From assembly GCF_006345805.1 (NCBI RefSeq), contig NC_042998.1, positions 191,766,001 to 191,830,000 on the forward strand: 64,000 nt of DNA, read 5' to 3'. Source of the stretch: Octopus sinensis. Taxonomy: Eukaryota. Shown piece after piece: positions 27,926 through 41,422 of the stretch. Both the position numbers and the translations under genes were made by a program. A model generated the notes under the pieces. That model did no database searches and was not told the DNA's origin. It saw only the letters and a list, made by a program, of their open reading frames with translations. Every line of letters starts with the position of its first letter. The first letter of the stretch is position 1.

Positions 27926-28194
27926 TATTCTAATCGGCAAATTCATTTTGTCTTATTTCATACTAGCTGAAAAGTCTCACTCCGTGCGGACTTTTAATCA
28001 GGTTCTTGGGGGGTGGGAGCTAAACAGAGCGATAATATTAAAGTATTTATTGGTACCCTAGCAATATGGTATTACTTTGAATTAAGTTTCAATTAAGTTT
28101 AATCTTACAAGTTTGATGACTGGAAAAGATAAAAGAACTACTAATTCCATAGTAAAAGTTAAAGCTAAACTTTTTTTTATCAGTTTCTCTTCAG

Positions 28195-28407
28195 ATTCCC
28201 ATTATGTCACGGAAAAGGAAGTCCACTTATGCACATACTCCGTATGCACAAAGGATGACCATTTGTCGTCAATCTGAAAGCTGTGATGCAAGAGACGAAC
28301 GACTTTCTATGCAAAGCCAAAGACAAAACAGTCTCACCAATTTGAAAAATGTGATACAAGGGACGAACGACAGTCGCAAAAAGAGTCTCGACAAAATGAA
28401 AAGTTTG
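28195..28407 (+). CDS. Candidate coding exon of an unidentified host gene (IPIMSRKRKSTYAHTPY...KKSLDKMKSL)
   Basis: Pyrimidine-rich acceptor ttttttttatcagtttctcttcAG, open 213-nt phase 0-0 frame, donor TTG|GTGAGA; no recognised homology. Confidence 0.35.
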
Positions 28408-28419
28408 GTGAGAAAACAC

Positions 28420-28508
28420 TTTCCCAATGTACCATGAGGTAGGGCTGAACCCGGAGCCATGTGATCGCGAAGCAAACTTCTTACCACACAGCCACTCCTG
28501 CGCCTATG
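28420..28508 (-). mobile_element. tRNA-derived SINE head fragment (family A)
   Basis: Reverse complement of taggcgcaggagtggctgtgtggtaag...ccgggttcagccc, with A/B-box-like motifs. Confidence 0.6.
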
Positions 28509-29711
28509 AATGTCTTCATTCCATCTACCAAAGATTTTCTCCGTAGTTCAGAAATTATATTCAGGAACCCACTTTGTACTCCACACAGAACGTCTTTTGT
28601 GCTGCACCGTGCCCTCTTGATCCAATTCGTATTTATCTAAATCGATGGAAAAGTGCTGACAACTATACACTGAGTAATTCTTTCGATCAAAGTATTGAAC
28701 TCACTCATTGTTATTGACAAGAAAATGACATTAATTAGTCCATTTGGTGCATATCGTTAGATCAGTGCACTCAAGTGCTTCAGTCACTTTTCATTATAAA
28801 ATGAGGCCTGCTCTTAATTACAAACTGTGTTTGATGTCTTTTGTACTTGATTAAATCCCTTGTCAAATTCATTGATTTAAAAACTATAAAACAATTTGAT
28901 TTTACCTACTCCAATACAAAGAATTTTAATACGTGTAATACATTATTGAAGATAAGAAAACATATTTAAGGATTAAGAGAAAATCTATTGAACTAAAAAA
29001 TATAAGGGGGAAAAATATACCTGATAATATTGATATATCATTTTGCAAAACAATTATTAATGAAAGTACGAAATAAAGATAACAAAAAATGTACGAGATA
29101 TTGTTAACGTGTAAATCAATAAAAAAATAGAAGAAAACCTGTAGAATTTTAATAAATTTTAATTTTTAAATGAACAGTATTGTTTTCCTGATCCATTGTA
29201 GATGCGTGACATTAAATCATGCTGGATGACAGAATATAATTTCAATGCAAATCAATTTTTACTCAGTGAATGGAAATTATGCCAGATTTCAAAAACACAG
29301 GGAATATGGTTCCACATAGAATTTGATTGATATTCACTCTGAATGCATAATTATTTTACCATATGGTTTGAATACACACCAACCACATGTGAATAAATGT
29401 TTTCCAGACATGCTATATTGTGTTATCGCACAACGCCTCTAATCTGTTGTTAATAATGTATTCATATATATGCACCTAATGAATTTGATGTGAAGAATTT
29501 TCGCACAAAATTTTGTGAGTTCTTACTTTTACGTGGATATTTTCTGGGTTGTTTCATACTTTTGGTGTTGCTAAAATATACTATACATCTGTAGGTGTTC
29601 ACATATATGTATATACACACATACACATACACACATACAAACATACACACACACTAACAAACACGCATAAACGCACACACACAAGCAAACACTTGCACAC
29701 TCACTCAAACA

Positions 29712-29792
<81 letters not shown>

Positions 29793-29813
29793 CATGCGTG
29801 TTTGTACATATAT

Positions 29814-30095
29814 GTGAGGTCACATGGTCTACTGGTTAGGGTGTTGCACTCACGACGATGAGCTCGTGGTTTCAATTCCTAAATCGAGTGGTGCGTTATG
29901 TTCTTGCGCAAAACATTTCACCTCATGTTGTTCTGCGATGACTTCGACACCTGACATGTAATACACCGTGCACCTACTCGAGCAATTTGTCGATTTCACG
30001 GAAGAAGTGAGCTAATGTACAGCATATATATTTGATCACTATAAACAAATTATTTGTGAAAGCCGTTCGGCAAAATATGAACACTCATATGCCGT
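29814..30095 (+). mobile_element. Diverged tRNA-derived SINE
   Basis: A-box-like tggtctactgg and B-box-like ggtttcaattcc, followed by gttatgttcttgcgcaaaaca, matching the 42.4-kb SINE. Confidence 0.55.
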
Positions 30096-30120
30096 ATTCG
30101 ACGGGAGAGTAAATTATGTA

Positions 30121-30637
30121 CGGTAAATCCTCTAGTATAGTCCGCCCTTGAGTATAATACGCAAGGGATTTTTAGGGGCTGTACCACTGAAAAACCGAAA
30201 CCTTGTGTATAATACGCACCCCTTCTCGAACTTGAGTCTTGCGCAATTAAGCCAGCAGCACCTAGTCGAACAAACACTTCCGCGCATGCGTAATACAATA
30301 ATGGTGATGTTCCTAACTGTTATATGAGAATGTAAATGTTTGCAAATTGTTTTTTACATGTTATTCTGTGTTCTGAATACTTTTATTTTAATAAATGTTG
30401 CTTACTGCAAGTTATAGATGATTCTTTTATGACTTCATTGCTTTCAGGCTTAGCTTAAGGTATTTTCGCGCCCGACATCACAAAATGCGTCTGAATAAAC
30501 ATTGCCGGACAGCAAATAGAGACTCGGACATTGCTTAGAAAATATTTATCATTTTTAACCTCGTATATAGTACACTCAAGGGATTTTGACCTTTAAATTT
30601 TGGGGAAAAAATGCGGATTATACTCGAGGATTTACGG
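30121..30637. mobile_element. TA-flanked MITE / non-autonomous Tc1-mariner(pogo)-like DNA transposon
   Basis: TA|CGGTAAATCCTCTAGTATAGTCCGC at the left end matches the reverse complement of GCGGATTATACTCGAGGATTTACGG|TA at the right end; internal TATAATACGCA-type subterminal repeats. Confidence 0.75.
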
Positions 30638-32071
30638 TATATGTACATATATATGATTATATACCTATGTATATATATGTACGTATGTATATATATGTAT
30701 ATATGTATGTATGTATGTATGTCTATGCATATGTGTGTGTGATTGTGTGTGTGTGTGTACATGCTTTTAAAAAATGAGCGTTTGTGTGTATCAAATCTTG
30801 GAAAACGGGATCGGAGAATCTCCCTCGATATCGATCATCGTGGAGGAAAGCAGTTCATAATGAGAGGATGGGTTTCGCAAAACATAGTATCGAGTATAAA
30901 CGAGATGTTTGTAAGGGATTTAATGTGAATGTACACGAACACGTTTGCACATAGCCCAATTTAACATGTAACGATTGTGGACGTCTCTCTTACAGCAAGG
31001 CATCAGAGAAGCCACGAAGGAAGGGGAGATAACTATACATTATAGATGTATCTCTACTGTCAGAGAGTGAGTTTAAATGAATGAACGTGAGGAGGCGGAC
31101 TGAAAAGTCATATGAACCTCTTTTCCATTGTTGAAACGTGTGTCAGTTCCCTCAGGAACGAAAAGACGTATTCGTGCTGATCATATTTCAGAGAATAATT
31201 AGGTGGCGGAATTTCACGAAATCGAGTTGCAGCCATTATAAAATATACATACATACATACATACATGTACAAACGAAGATCAAGAGATTGTCACAAAATT
31301 TGTAAGAAACAGAAATTATGAAACATTTGGAGCACCAAGATGCAACCGATAATGTAGATTATGCTATATTTCTGTGGAAGACATCATAGTGCTGTCTTTC
31401 ACAGTAATTATACAGGATGATTTCCCCATAAATATGACATAATAGTTGTTTTGTCAAAGCCTTACGCACACTCAAAATACACACACACACATGGACAGAT
31501 ACACTATCCCCGTATTCCCCCCTCCTTCCCCATATTGTTAGAGCTGCCTTGTTTTGCCCACATCGTGAGCAAAACCCTAACTTAGTCTAAACATGAAGTT
31601 CTGCAACGGTTTTAGTATGAGTCAGGTCAGTGAGTTCTCGTATTAAGAGTTTATGTTAGCATATGTCAGAAATGGTTTAGTGTACATATTATGACAAGAC
31701 TATTGAAAAGGTTGCAAGAGGCCAACGAAAATTTTAGGAGAATAAAAATATGAAATTAGTGGAAATTTTACCGGTGAGTGTGTTACATTATAAGGCACAA
31801 AAAGAAATGACTCTCCCCAGACACAACACTAGATATAAATATATATATATATATATGAGCAAATAAATTATCTTTATTGCTGAAAAGAAAGAATCTGCAG
31901 TCTGAGAATAACCGAGTTAGTAAACGTTTTTATCTTCATTTCACTAAATTTATCCAGCTTCAGTGTTCCTAGCACATATTTCGCCTTAATGTACTGATAT
32001 ATGGAAAATATATGGCTTGTGTTAGAAATACCAGCGATTATAATTATTTTTATTTTATCGCATTTTGATTT

Positions 32072-32118
<47 letters not shown>

Positions 32119-32205
32119 CAAGGAAAAATTGTAAAAATGCAGAATGCTAAATTGAAAGAAAATTCTAATGAAATGAGAAATTGATAAAATATATAAATAT
32201 ATATT

Positions 32206-32247
32206 TATTCAAACCGGTTTTCGTCATACTGTGACTTATCAAGAATA
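32206..32247 (-). ncRNA. Type-I hammerhead motif with U3-A8 core variant
   Basis: TATTC-TTGATAA-GTCA[cagta]TGAC-GAAA-ACCGGT-TT-GAATA; stems I and II perfect, stem III is the palindrome AACCGGTT. Confidence 0.65.
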
Positions 32248-32249
32248 GT

Positions 32250-32620
32250 TAGGTAAAAAAGTTTTTTAAAAATGAGAAAGGGGAAAAAAGAAAGTTGCAT
32301 TGTTTTTTGCAAAAGAATATTAATAAATATGTACAAAAATTAAAAAATAAGTACTCCGATACATTGTGAGTTCGTTGTGTATCTTGAGTTTAATGATTGT
32401 TCACGAAAAAATTACCTTGAGGTATTAGGATCCAATGGGATTAAGACCATGTGTTGTTTGGTTTAATCAAGAATGTTGGCAAAACAGGAAGTAGTAGTAA
32501 TTGTGGTTCTTCAGTTCCTGTGTTGTGAATAAGGGGAGACAACTCTTTTGAGTTCTTCAATTTGTGTTTCTCAAACTCCCCTGCAATAAAGGCTGCTAAT
32601 AAACCCCAAATTATAAAATT
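32250..32620 (-). mobile_element. Decayed Penelope-like 3' end (GIY-YIG tail), upstream of the 32.2-kb hammerhead
   Basis: Minus-strand remnant ...LNQTTHGLN resembles the T-x-x-x-G-L-N C-terminus of PLE GIY-YIG domains; heavily degenerate. Confidence 0.35.
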
Positions 32621-33399
32621 ATCATTTTAGCTTCATTTGCATTATCTTTTTTGTATATAATTGTTTGTTAACTTAACTTTCAGATTTTAACACTTTATTT
32701 ATATTATTTTCTGTCTATGAAACATCAAGTGACATAAGAAGCTAAGTCAACCTGTTACTCAATATATATAGAGCTCCAACTATGTGATGAGTGCTACGTC
32801 TGTTCGGAACACCTAACAGAACTGTTCTTGGCGTAAATGAGAGATAGAATTAGACTGAAGCGGAGCGCTTATTGTTATGTGTACAATATCTTTGTTACGA
32901 TATTTTTAGTCTCAGACATGACTGTAAGGTGTTGCTTTCTCAGAAGTGATGATAACACACTAAAATCTTTTGGATAATTAAATAATAGTATACTGATAAT
33001 AGTAATAATAAATGAATGTATATAAATAAATGCTAGAAAATTTCAGCATTGAGACCAAACATTACATGAAGGCAAGAAAGGGAAACTGATAGTGAAAAAA
33101 TAATTAGTTTTCTATTCATAAAGAAATAATAAAATATAAACTGGAAACTAAATAGAGTGAAGAAAAACGAGTAAATAATATGAAAGTCAGTATGACATTG
33201 GCTAATAAAGAAGCTTTCTTATAATGTTTCTAATGAACAGAACTGCGGTTTTGTATAAAATGAAAGATTTTGAAATCTGGAGTTTCATCGCATCCAACAG
33301 AACCCTTTGTTTCTATAGTAGCTTTGTAAACTAAAATAAACCTTGCAGTCTTAGGATGTGAGAGGAGGGCATGAGCGGCAATGGCATAGAACGTACTCT

Positions 33400-33600
33400 G
33401 AGAGGTAATTTCTACACTTCTCCTCTGGAAACCATCTGCTCGCGATACCAGAGGGCGCACACTCTCCTACCTTGATGTAATCTCCAGGGATACAGGCATC
33501 CAGCAACAGGACCTCCGTAATGCTATGATGGACCGTGAAGTCTGGCGTAACACAGTAAATTCCATTGTCTCGACCACGGTCGAACAATGAGGATGATGTT
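33400..33600 (+). mobile_element. RTE-type LINE 3' fragment
   Basis: LLLWKPSARDTRGRTLSYLDVISRDTGIQQQDLRNAMMDREVWRNTV...EQ* followed by a gatgatg tail. Confidence 0.65.
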
Positions 33601-34218
33601 AGAGTGGAGACAGATTTTCTAAACCAAAAATGTAATCAAAGCATATGTAGCGAGTTGGATGTTACGAAACATTTCTACCAAGAAACTTGTATACTCTGGA
33701 AGTTGTATAATCATGATTTCGAAAATGAAGTAAATGATTTGAGCCTGACCACAATAAAGAAGTAAAAAGAAACAACCGCTGGTAGACCAGGTACGAGAAA
33801 AATAGGACACGAACAAAATGAGAAATGCTATACCAGGAATCAAAGATTTACTCACAGTCCCGATTTTGACCTGTTATAACAACATCGTACGTAAGGCACA
33901 TTCTCAATAATTACGCAGTGCATGTTCTACGCAATAACCTTTATGTCTTAGCGTACAACTCACACAGCACACACTATATATAAAGCACTTTCAATGCAAA
34001 TACGAAGTGCACAGTACTTGCCTCCACAAACAGCTTCCTTATATTTGCACACATTTCACATAATATACACCGTAACTCACGTCCCAATGAAATAGTACAA
34101 GCCACTCAGCGCATAGTCTACAGTTTCCTCCCGATACTTTATCACTTCTCACTTTCCATAGACTTTTTTAATAAAATGACACAATATATTCCGTAGTGCC
34201 TCTTTTACTCTTTTGCTT

Positions 34219-34780
34219 GTTTCAGTCATTTGACTGCGGCCATGCTAGAGCACCGCCTTTACTCGAGCAAATCGACCCCTCGACTTATTCTGTGTAAGCC
34301 TAGTACTTATTCTATCGGTCTCTTTTGCCGAACCGCTAAGTTACGGGGTCGTAAACACACCAGCATCGGTTGTTAAGTGATGTTGGGGGGACAAACACAG
34401 AGTCGGCCCGAGGCTATAATAGGCGACACTTGCCCAAGGTGCCACGCAGTGGGACTGGACTCGGAACCATGTGGTTGGTAAGCAAGCTACTTACGAGATT
34501 GCGGCCATACTGGAGCACCGCCTTTACTCGAGCAAATCGACCCCTCGACTTATTCTGTGTAAGCCTAGTACTTATTTTATCAGTCTGTTTTGCCGAACCG
34601 CTAAGTTACGGAGTCGTAAACACACCAGCATCGGTTGTCAAGCGATGTTGGGGGGAAAACACAAACAGAGTCGGCCCGAGGCTATAGTAGACGACACTTG
34701 CCCAAGGTGCCACGCAGTGGGACTGGACTCGGAACCATGTGGTTGGTAAGCAAGCTACTTACTTCACATCCACTCCTGTG
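34219..34780 (-). mobile_element. Tandemly duplicated SINE (family A), ~260-bp unit x2
   Basis: 34,237-34,494 is repeated at 34,501-34,760 with few differences. Confidence 0.8.
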
Positions 34781-34784
34781 CCGT

Positions 34785-34892
34785 TAAATGGCAAAGTCGA
34801 CCTCGGCGGAACTTGAACTCAGAACGTAGCGACAGCCGAAATACCGTTAAGCATTTCGCGCGGCGTGCTAACGATCATGCCAGCTCGCCAAT
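34785..34892 (-). mobile_element. SINE 5' fragment (family B)
   Basis: ggcaaagtcgacctcggcggaacttgaactcagaacgtagc...cggcgtgctaacga...gccagctcgcc. Confidence 0.7.
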
Positions 34893-36389
34893 GCCTGTAT
34901 ATTTCTCTATTAAAGCAACACTACCTGTAAAGGTGCACGCTGCGCCACACGTTAAAATGTCAAAATGATCGCACAGTAACGTGAAATGAAGTGTTTTTCT
35001 CAAGATCACAACACACCATCCGGTCGCGAGCGGAACGCTCTAACTTCTACGCCGCGTACCTTCACGTCCCAATACTATAAGACAGTTCATACATTTCATA
35101 TTCTTTATAATCTCCTCTGAATACTATAACATATCTCGCACACCACCTCTTATAAGACAATTAGATATGCACTATATACATTTAACTTATATTTTACGCA
35201 CACACACACACAAATAACAATAACTATAAAAGCTTTCTCAACGAACAGTAACATAATAAAACTAAAAGAACAGAGCAAATTAGATATAACAGAGACATCT
35301 TAACACTTTCTTAAAATACATTGAACACATACCTAGACAGCTTAGTTGTGCACCTGGCAGAGCTGAATGAATGATCTACTGAAAACAAATTATGTTGATG
35401 ATGAGGACTATGATGATGACGCTATCCTTAATAACAACAACAACAACAACTGTAGTGGCAATTATTGTACTTGCGATGCAATTTAACGTTCTTTCTTAAA
35501 CTTCTGTCATTTTTTTTTTTATAAATGAGGTCATGTTAAATTGAATTAGTTGTTTCACTGTACACTCCTCCTAGTTATCTGTCTAGAGACTAAGGGAAAA
35601 TCTCAGCTGGTATTTAATTGTGTCGAGTCTTCCAGTTCTGATAACTGGCATTTTCTGCTGTAGTCTATTCTAAAATCCCATTTTCATTCTTTACTACAAC
35701 ATGGATAATGATTATGCCATTAACTTCAAATTTGATTTTCAAAACTTGAAGCATCCATTAGTAAATTACCTTTGGCCACAATGATTTTTTTCCTGCTAAT
35801 GGTGGTGACGTTCGACGGTAATGTATGGATAAAGACGGCGTCTACAAAATACATTAAGATCTGGTGATGTTGTAAATTGGACATAATTACTGTGTACAGT
35901 TTATAATTGTTAATGTTAGTGCAACGTCATTAGAGATTTGTTTATATTAAAATTAAACAGAGTATTTCATCAAATAATATCTCAAAATATCAAGGCAACT
36001 GTGACGCCAAGAACCAAACAAGATGGAACATGAAAACTTAATTGGATCATTTAGGACCAATAGAAAATACATAACATGGAACCTCTTACATAGATGCTCC
36101 ACTTACAAGAAATAGTAGCTAAATCTTCCTGAAATCATAACTTACAGGTCGTTCAAAACGAATATGTTAGATAATGTAAACCTAGATACAAGGTTTCTGA
36201 ATAATATACGGGATGTTCGCAGCTGGAATATCTTTTACCATAACTCAAGGCTAACCTAGAGCTAAACACGAATACAAACAAGTATAAAGCATATGCAATG
36301 ACTTACAGTTATAAAAAGCGCCTCGTAGTAATCTGAGCGCAACGACTGTCTTTTGTTTGAAATAATAAAATACAATTATAGAATTCAAA

Positions 36390-36535
36390 CAAATTAAATT
36401 TAAATATTGAAGTGAATCTAACGGTTTTTGTGTGTATCTTAAATGGCTTATAAACACCTACCACGCTGCAATTGCTTTCGTTCCAGCACACGATCTCAGA
36501 TCAAGTCACTCGCTATGCAAGTGCATCTCCGTAAT
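36390..36535. repeat. Partial reverse-oriented copy of the 56.6-kb inverted-repeat element
   Basis: ttgaagtgaatctaacggtttttgtgtg is the reverse complement of the 56,635-56,661 spacer and is followed directly by the ~95-bp arm also seen at 56,740-56,835. Confidence 0.75.
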
Positions 36536-36953
36536 TATAGAATTGTTTTAAACAAAACTTGAGTCTCAAGCGAAAAATGTTTCAAAGAATGCTAAAAATT
36601 AAATTAAAGAGACATATAGTGTGTAACTAGATTAAAATTCCTTTAGTTAACTATAACATTCTATAATTATCTTTCAAAAAATTTTACAAAGACATCTGAA
36701 GTGGCATTTAAACCGAACAAAATTGATTGACAGAGAACTTGAGCAATATCTAATTGTCAGCAGTTAAATATACATAGAGAATGTTTTAAGCCTTTAAAAG
36801 TGGGTTTTAACACGTAAGTTATGCAACAATTTGTTTCAGGCCATGTGCACAGGAATGAAATAGACGCTTTATGATGAAGTACATATACCATTCAAATAAT
36901 CAATAACAATCGACACCAACCATCAATTAAATGCCTTAAAATATAAATTTAAC

Positions 36954-37285
36954 TGTGAGATATATTTGCCAATATACCTCTCAATATGACTAACCACTAA
37001 GGGTGGGTGTTTCTGTAGCTTGTAGCCCCAGGAGGACATCTCCTCCAACTGGCTATAGGCACACTTTCTGTGCCCAATCGGTATTTGCAAAGGGAGATCA
37101 TCCTTCCCTCGTCAACCTAAGTGATACGCACGGACTGTAGTTTCTGGGTATTGACCCGTCATCAGCGCACGACATTCACCAATATTAGCATTGGGACTCC
37201 TTTCATCGTTCCTCCTGGGGCTACAAGCTACAGTAACACCCACCCTTAGTGGTTAGCCATATTGAGATGGCAAATATACCTCACA
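36954..37285. mobile_element. Fold-back element with ~75-bp terminal inverted repeats and an internal hammerhead
   Basis: 36,979-37,035 vs 37,211-37,267 has 2 mismatches in 57 nt; outer arms 36,954-36,971 vs 37,268-37,285 have 1 mismatch in 18 nt. Confidence 0.8.
37127..37171 (-). ncRNA. Type-I hammerhead motif (C3-G8 core, GUC triplet)
   Basis: CGTGCG-CTGATGA-c-GGGT[caat]ACCC-a-GAAA-CTACAG-TC-CGTGCG; 6-bp stem I with two G-U pairs. Confidence 0.6.
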
Positions 37286-37875
37286 TTGTAGTGCAGTTAC
37301 TGTTTATACCTCGTTCAGAGATTTATTATGAATTTAACTGTATTTTAAAAACCAGAGTATTGGCGATTAGTCTGAGATCAGTTCTAATCGAGTAGACCAA
37401 CGATCAAAATTACTGCAGGAGTTACCAACTCACACGCTGGGTATACCGTATCTAAGACAACAAATGTTATTCCATTTTTTGTTCTTGAAGTATGGAACTC
37501 TGGTTGTTACTTGCATCATGCCGAATAACACTGTTTACTCATTGTTGAGTGACAGGTGTACGTAATCAGAAAGATTTTGAGAGAGATAAAACAGAGTTAG
37601 AGGCAAATACGAAGTGGAGATATAGTAACAGTTCTGTTCCGTGAATGTCAGCAATATTCCACTATATCACATTCCGATAAGATAGTTATCCACCCCTGAC
37701 TGGAACTCTCCTGTATGACATGTACGCATGCTCAATGGCTTGCTCCTACTCCCGCGGACTACTGACTCACAGGCTGTATGACTGGTTAATATGATGTCTC
37801 CAAAGAAATTGCGCAAATACTGTTTGTATATGCAGCAATTATAGATAGAAGAATGTAAACGAAAAAGTTTTTTCA

Positions 37876-38880
37876 CCTTGTATTTGAATCTCTTTTGTGT
37901 AGTCTTTCCTTGAAACGCTTTACATTTACAGTAGCCTCAAGGAGCTTTGCAATTCTATCACCTGATATCCTTGAAAATCCCAGGTTAAGGTGTTTTCTAA
38001 ATAACAATTGTTCAGCTTTCTTTGGGCTCAGCTTCCGTTTCCTTGCATTATTCTACTTGCATTTCATGGAGGTTAGTGCCAATGTCCCACGTTTCTTATT
38101 GGCAGTTATGTCCAGAAGGGCATGTAGTAAAACTCCGATATGGTTACAGGCCTCCCATAGCCTGAAATAAGAAATAGACTATTAGATAAACCTCAGAGAT
38201 ATGTGTATCTGACTCTGCATTTGTATTTGATAAATATGATAAAGATAAAAAAAAAGATACTCAAAATTAAGTCTCATTTATTTATTATTTATTGTTTTAA
38301 TTATACATATATTTACTTATATCCATAAAAAACACAATTTATTATACAAGGGAAAACAGTCAAAATAATTAAACAGGCCCTTTCCCTGCAGTGCAGTTCC
38401 AATCAGCTGAATGCACGTTGCCAGTGACCTTTGACATAATTACCTACACTCTATGATCAGAATTGTTCTTTTTGTTAGATGTTGGTATTGACGGGATCAC
38501 CAGACACTGGACAATGCAGTGGGAGCAGTTTTCCGCAACATCGTCATATTCAATGTTGTGGACGTGTCTGTCATGGTAAAATATGTCACACCTTAACTGT
38601 CGCTTTACCTTCATCCGTAGCACGAGGTACTTGTATACGTCATTATCCGTAAAATTCGGCAACTTATGAAGATTTTTAGTTCAATATGATTTCAGCACAT
38701 TAGGATCAGGTAAACTTCACCGAGAGGAGATACAGGTTTCTGCTTATTCCGGTCTGAAGTATACTTCTCGACTGTTCATTTTAATTCATTGACGTTCTTT
38801 ATCGAAAGAGATTTAATACCTTTTAACCTTTCAACCAAGTCCGCCTTTTCCCAGTAACATACTGTCCATGTAATCGCAAA
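37876..38880 (-). pseudogene. Decayed SWIM zinc-finger gene with a SAP-like N-terminus, resembling the accessory gene of ISL2EU/Kolobok-type DNA transposons; retains one intron
   Basis: WEKADLVERLK..., PDPNVLKSY*TKNLHKLPNFTDNDVYKYL, DHRV*VIMSKVTGNVHSADWNCTAG | LWEACNHIGVLLHAL, TSMKCK*NNARKRKLSP; intron ~38,162-38,385 with a tttcAG acceptor and a mutated donor. Confidence 0.65.
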
Positions 38881-41391
38881 TAATTCTTTAACTCGGGAAC
38901 AGTAAGTGCTTTGATAACTGGGTCATCGAGCTGCTGAATATTCATGATATGACGTGACACACAACAACAATGACGTGAGTAGTCCTCGGAAGTAGAACTG
39001 TCTGCATGGAGAGCAGCCTAGTCAAGGGAGATAATCTACTTATTGGAATGTGCTTTAACTAAATGGAATCTTATATCTATCACATAATAGATGTTTAACC
39101 CACAGGTCAGTCTCTAACTTGCAGAGTTAGGTCACATACACAAAATGCTATAATTTGAGCCCCAGAGATAAATGTACTTTGTTAGAACTAGAAAGAATTG
39201 AATTTCTGATTAGTTGCTGAGTGATTACAAAACCGAGGTTAAACTCCCAGTGGAATCCTTTTTCCCTTCACGGAACAGTGCTGTTACTATACACAAAAGA
39301 CGTTCTCGACTGTGCCAAAGAGAAAGCCATTAAACAGATGATCTAGAGTTAGTGAGCAGCTCACGGTCATCTCTATTCCACACATTTGCTGTCACTCAGT
39401 TTTTTTTCTATTACAATTACAACAGTATCTTTTTGTCTACACCGTATGTCTAAAACATTATTTGCATTGTCCTTCCTTTTAAAGAGGTTATTGCACATCT
39501 TGGATCTTTGGTTCTTCTTCTAATACAGTGGTTACATCATTAGCTCACAAAAAATGCCATCAGCATCGGAAAAATGGGAGAAAAATTTATACAAATATAG
39601 CGTGTTAGTGAGTGCATATTACAATTAATTCTCTCACCTGTATACACTGTTTCTCATTTCCCTGTCTGTGATTGAATTTTGCAAGACTGAGCCCCTGCTT
39701 CTCACTTCTAAATGGTAAAATGCTTTATCCTCCAGCTTTGACTCTTCGGATTACGATATCGTAACTACATCCTACCACACAGTATTCCATACCTGCACAT
39801 CTCCATATAGTAATCCAGCAAACTTTCACCTTCCTTCCTCAGACTACGTACACCTTGCTATGCATTTATACGCCATATAAATTGAGCCGTTGCCTCAAAC
39901 AATCTGGTACGTGAGCAGAATAAGCCACTCCATGTGTGCACGCACACTCACATACTGACATACATACCATCTCACTTTGAACCTACAAACACACTTCCAC
40001 ACATCCAACGTGTCACTCCTTCACACATTTCTCCCTATAAAACACGTGACACATGCTTTACACATAGGTGCCACACACAAATAACTTACACAACCACGCA
40101 CACACAAACAAAGGTATCGTGAGATCTTTCGTGATCTTCTCTTGCTCTTTCTCCTCTCAGTCACTCTTTCGCATTATTGAACCTCTTCTAGTTGTTTTAT
40201 TCCACCTAGATTTCATCTAACTTGGCATTTGTCAGATAAACAGATGTCTTATCTAGTATCCTATATTTCGCCTCTTCTTTCTGTCAAATAAATTTTATTC
40301 CCTTTCCATCTCTCTGACAAACAGAATCAACTCAGCATTCATATTCTTTTTTCGTACGTCATTTGAGGTATTGAGATCCATTTAAGCTTCATTTCTTTGA
40401 TGCATTCCCACCATACACTTTATACGAATTTCAGGAACGTTCTTTTGCTTGTGTGATTCAACGTAGTATTTTTGAGGTTCTTTGAACCTTCCTAACTTCA
40501 CAATTTACTCGTGCTAAGTCTAACTTTTACTCACGTATGCCTACAAATGTGAACACTAAGGTTCAGCTGCTTGGCCTGTAGAACAAATGATTCTGTTCTC
40601 GAGGAGGTGGGGGATAGCAACAGTTGCTGAAGATGGCCGGATGTCAAGGACTGTAACGTTGTGGCCATGTTATCAGCGCCCAGCATCCCTGTGCACAGCT
40701 AGCAAGTGACAAAGATGAAGATGGTTTAATAGCATCAAAGTTTAGACGGGAATGATTTTGGTGGAGTTGTACGGCTACAGCATGGGACATGGCGAGGAGT
40801 ACCAATTGTCTCTGAGGACTACCACATGCTCACACACACGCACGTACGCACACACTTACACACTCGTGTGCACAGACACACATGCACAAACACCAACACG
40901 CTAACACATTCACACACACACTCATCAATAAAGGGGACTTTTGAAAAGCATGGAAATAATAAGCTCCAAATTATACACCATACTCATCTATACAAATCGT
41001 TTTAATAAGCGACTATACGTGTGCATGTGTGTTGCACAAACGCAGACACACGCGCACGTATTGCGTATATACCTATGTATATGGATTGATACAAACACAC
41101 ACACAGACACATATATATATGTCAAAAACCGTTATTTCCATTTTCTATAAGTGGAGATTCCAAAACCGAAGGCCCTTACGGCTCACATACACAAAACCGG
41201 AGTGGCAAATATACGAAAGCAATCACTTACCGTTAATGGCGAACACCGTGATTCTGGATCACAGACATAGAAAAAGTAGTTTGAATTCCGTCATCAGCGC
41301 TATATTCGATAGCTTTACCAAATGCCACCAGCCCTCACTTCAGACCCAGCGACATCAGATAGTGGGGGGAAGTGCGCATATATTTTATTGC

Positions 41392-41422
<31 letters not shown>

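Noticed and set aside
41270-41300. Minus-strand gcgCTGATGACGGAATTCAAAC
   Set aside because: No GAAA and no stems II or I.
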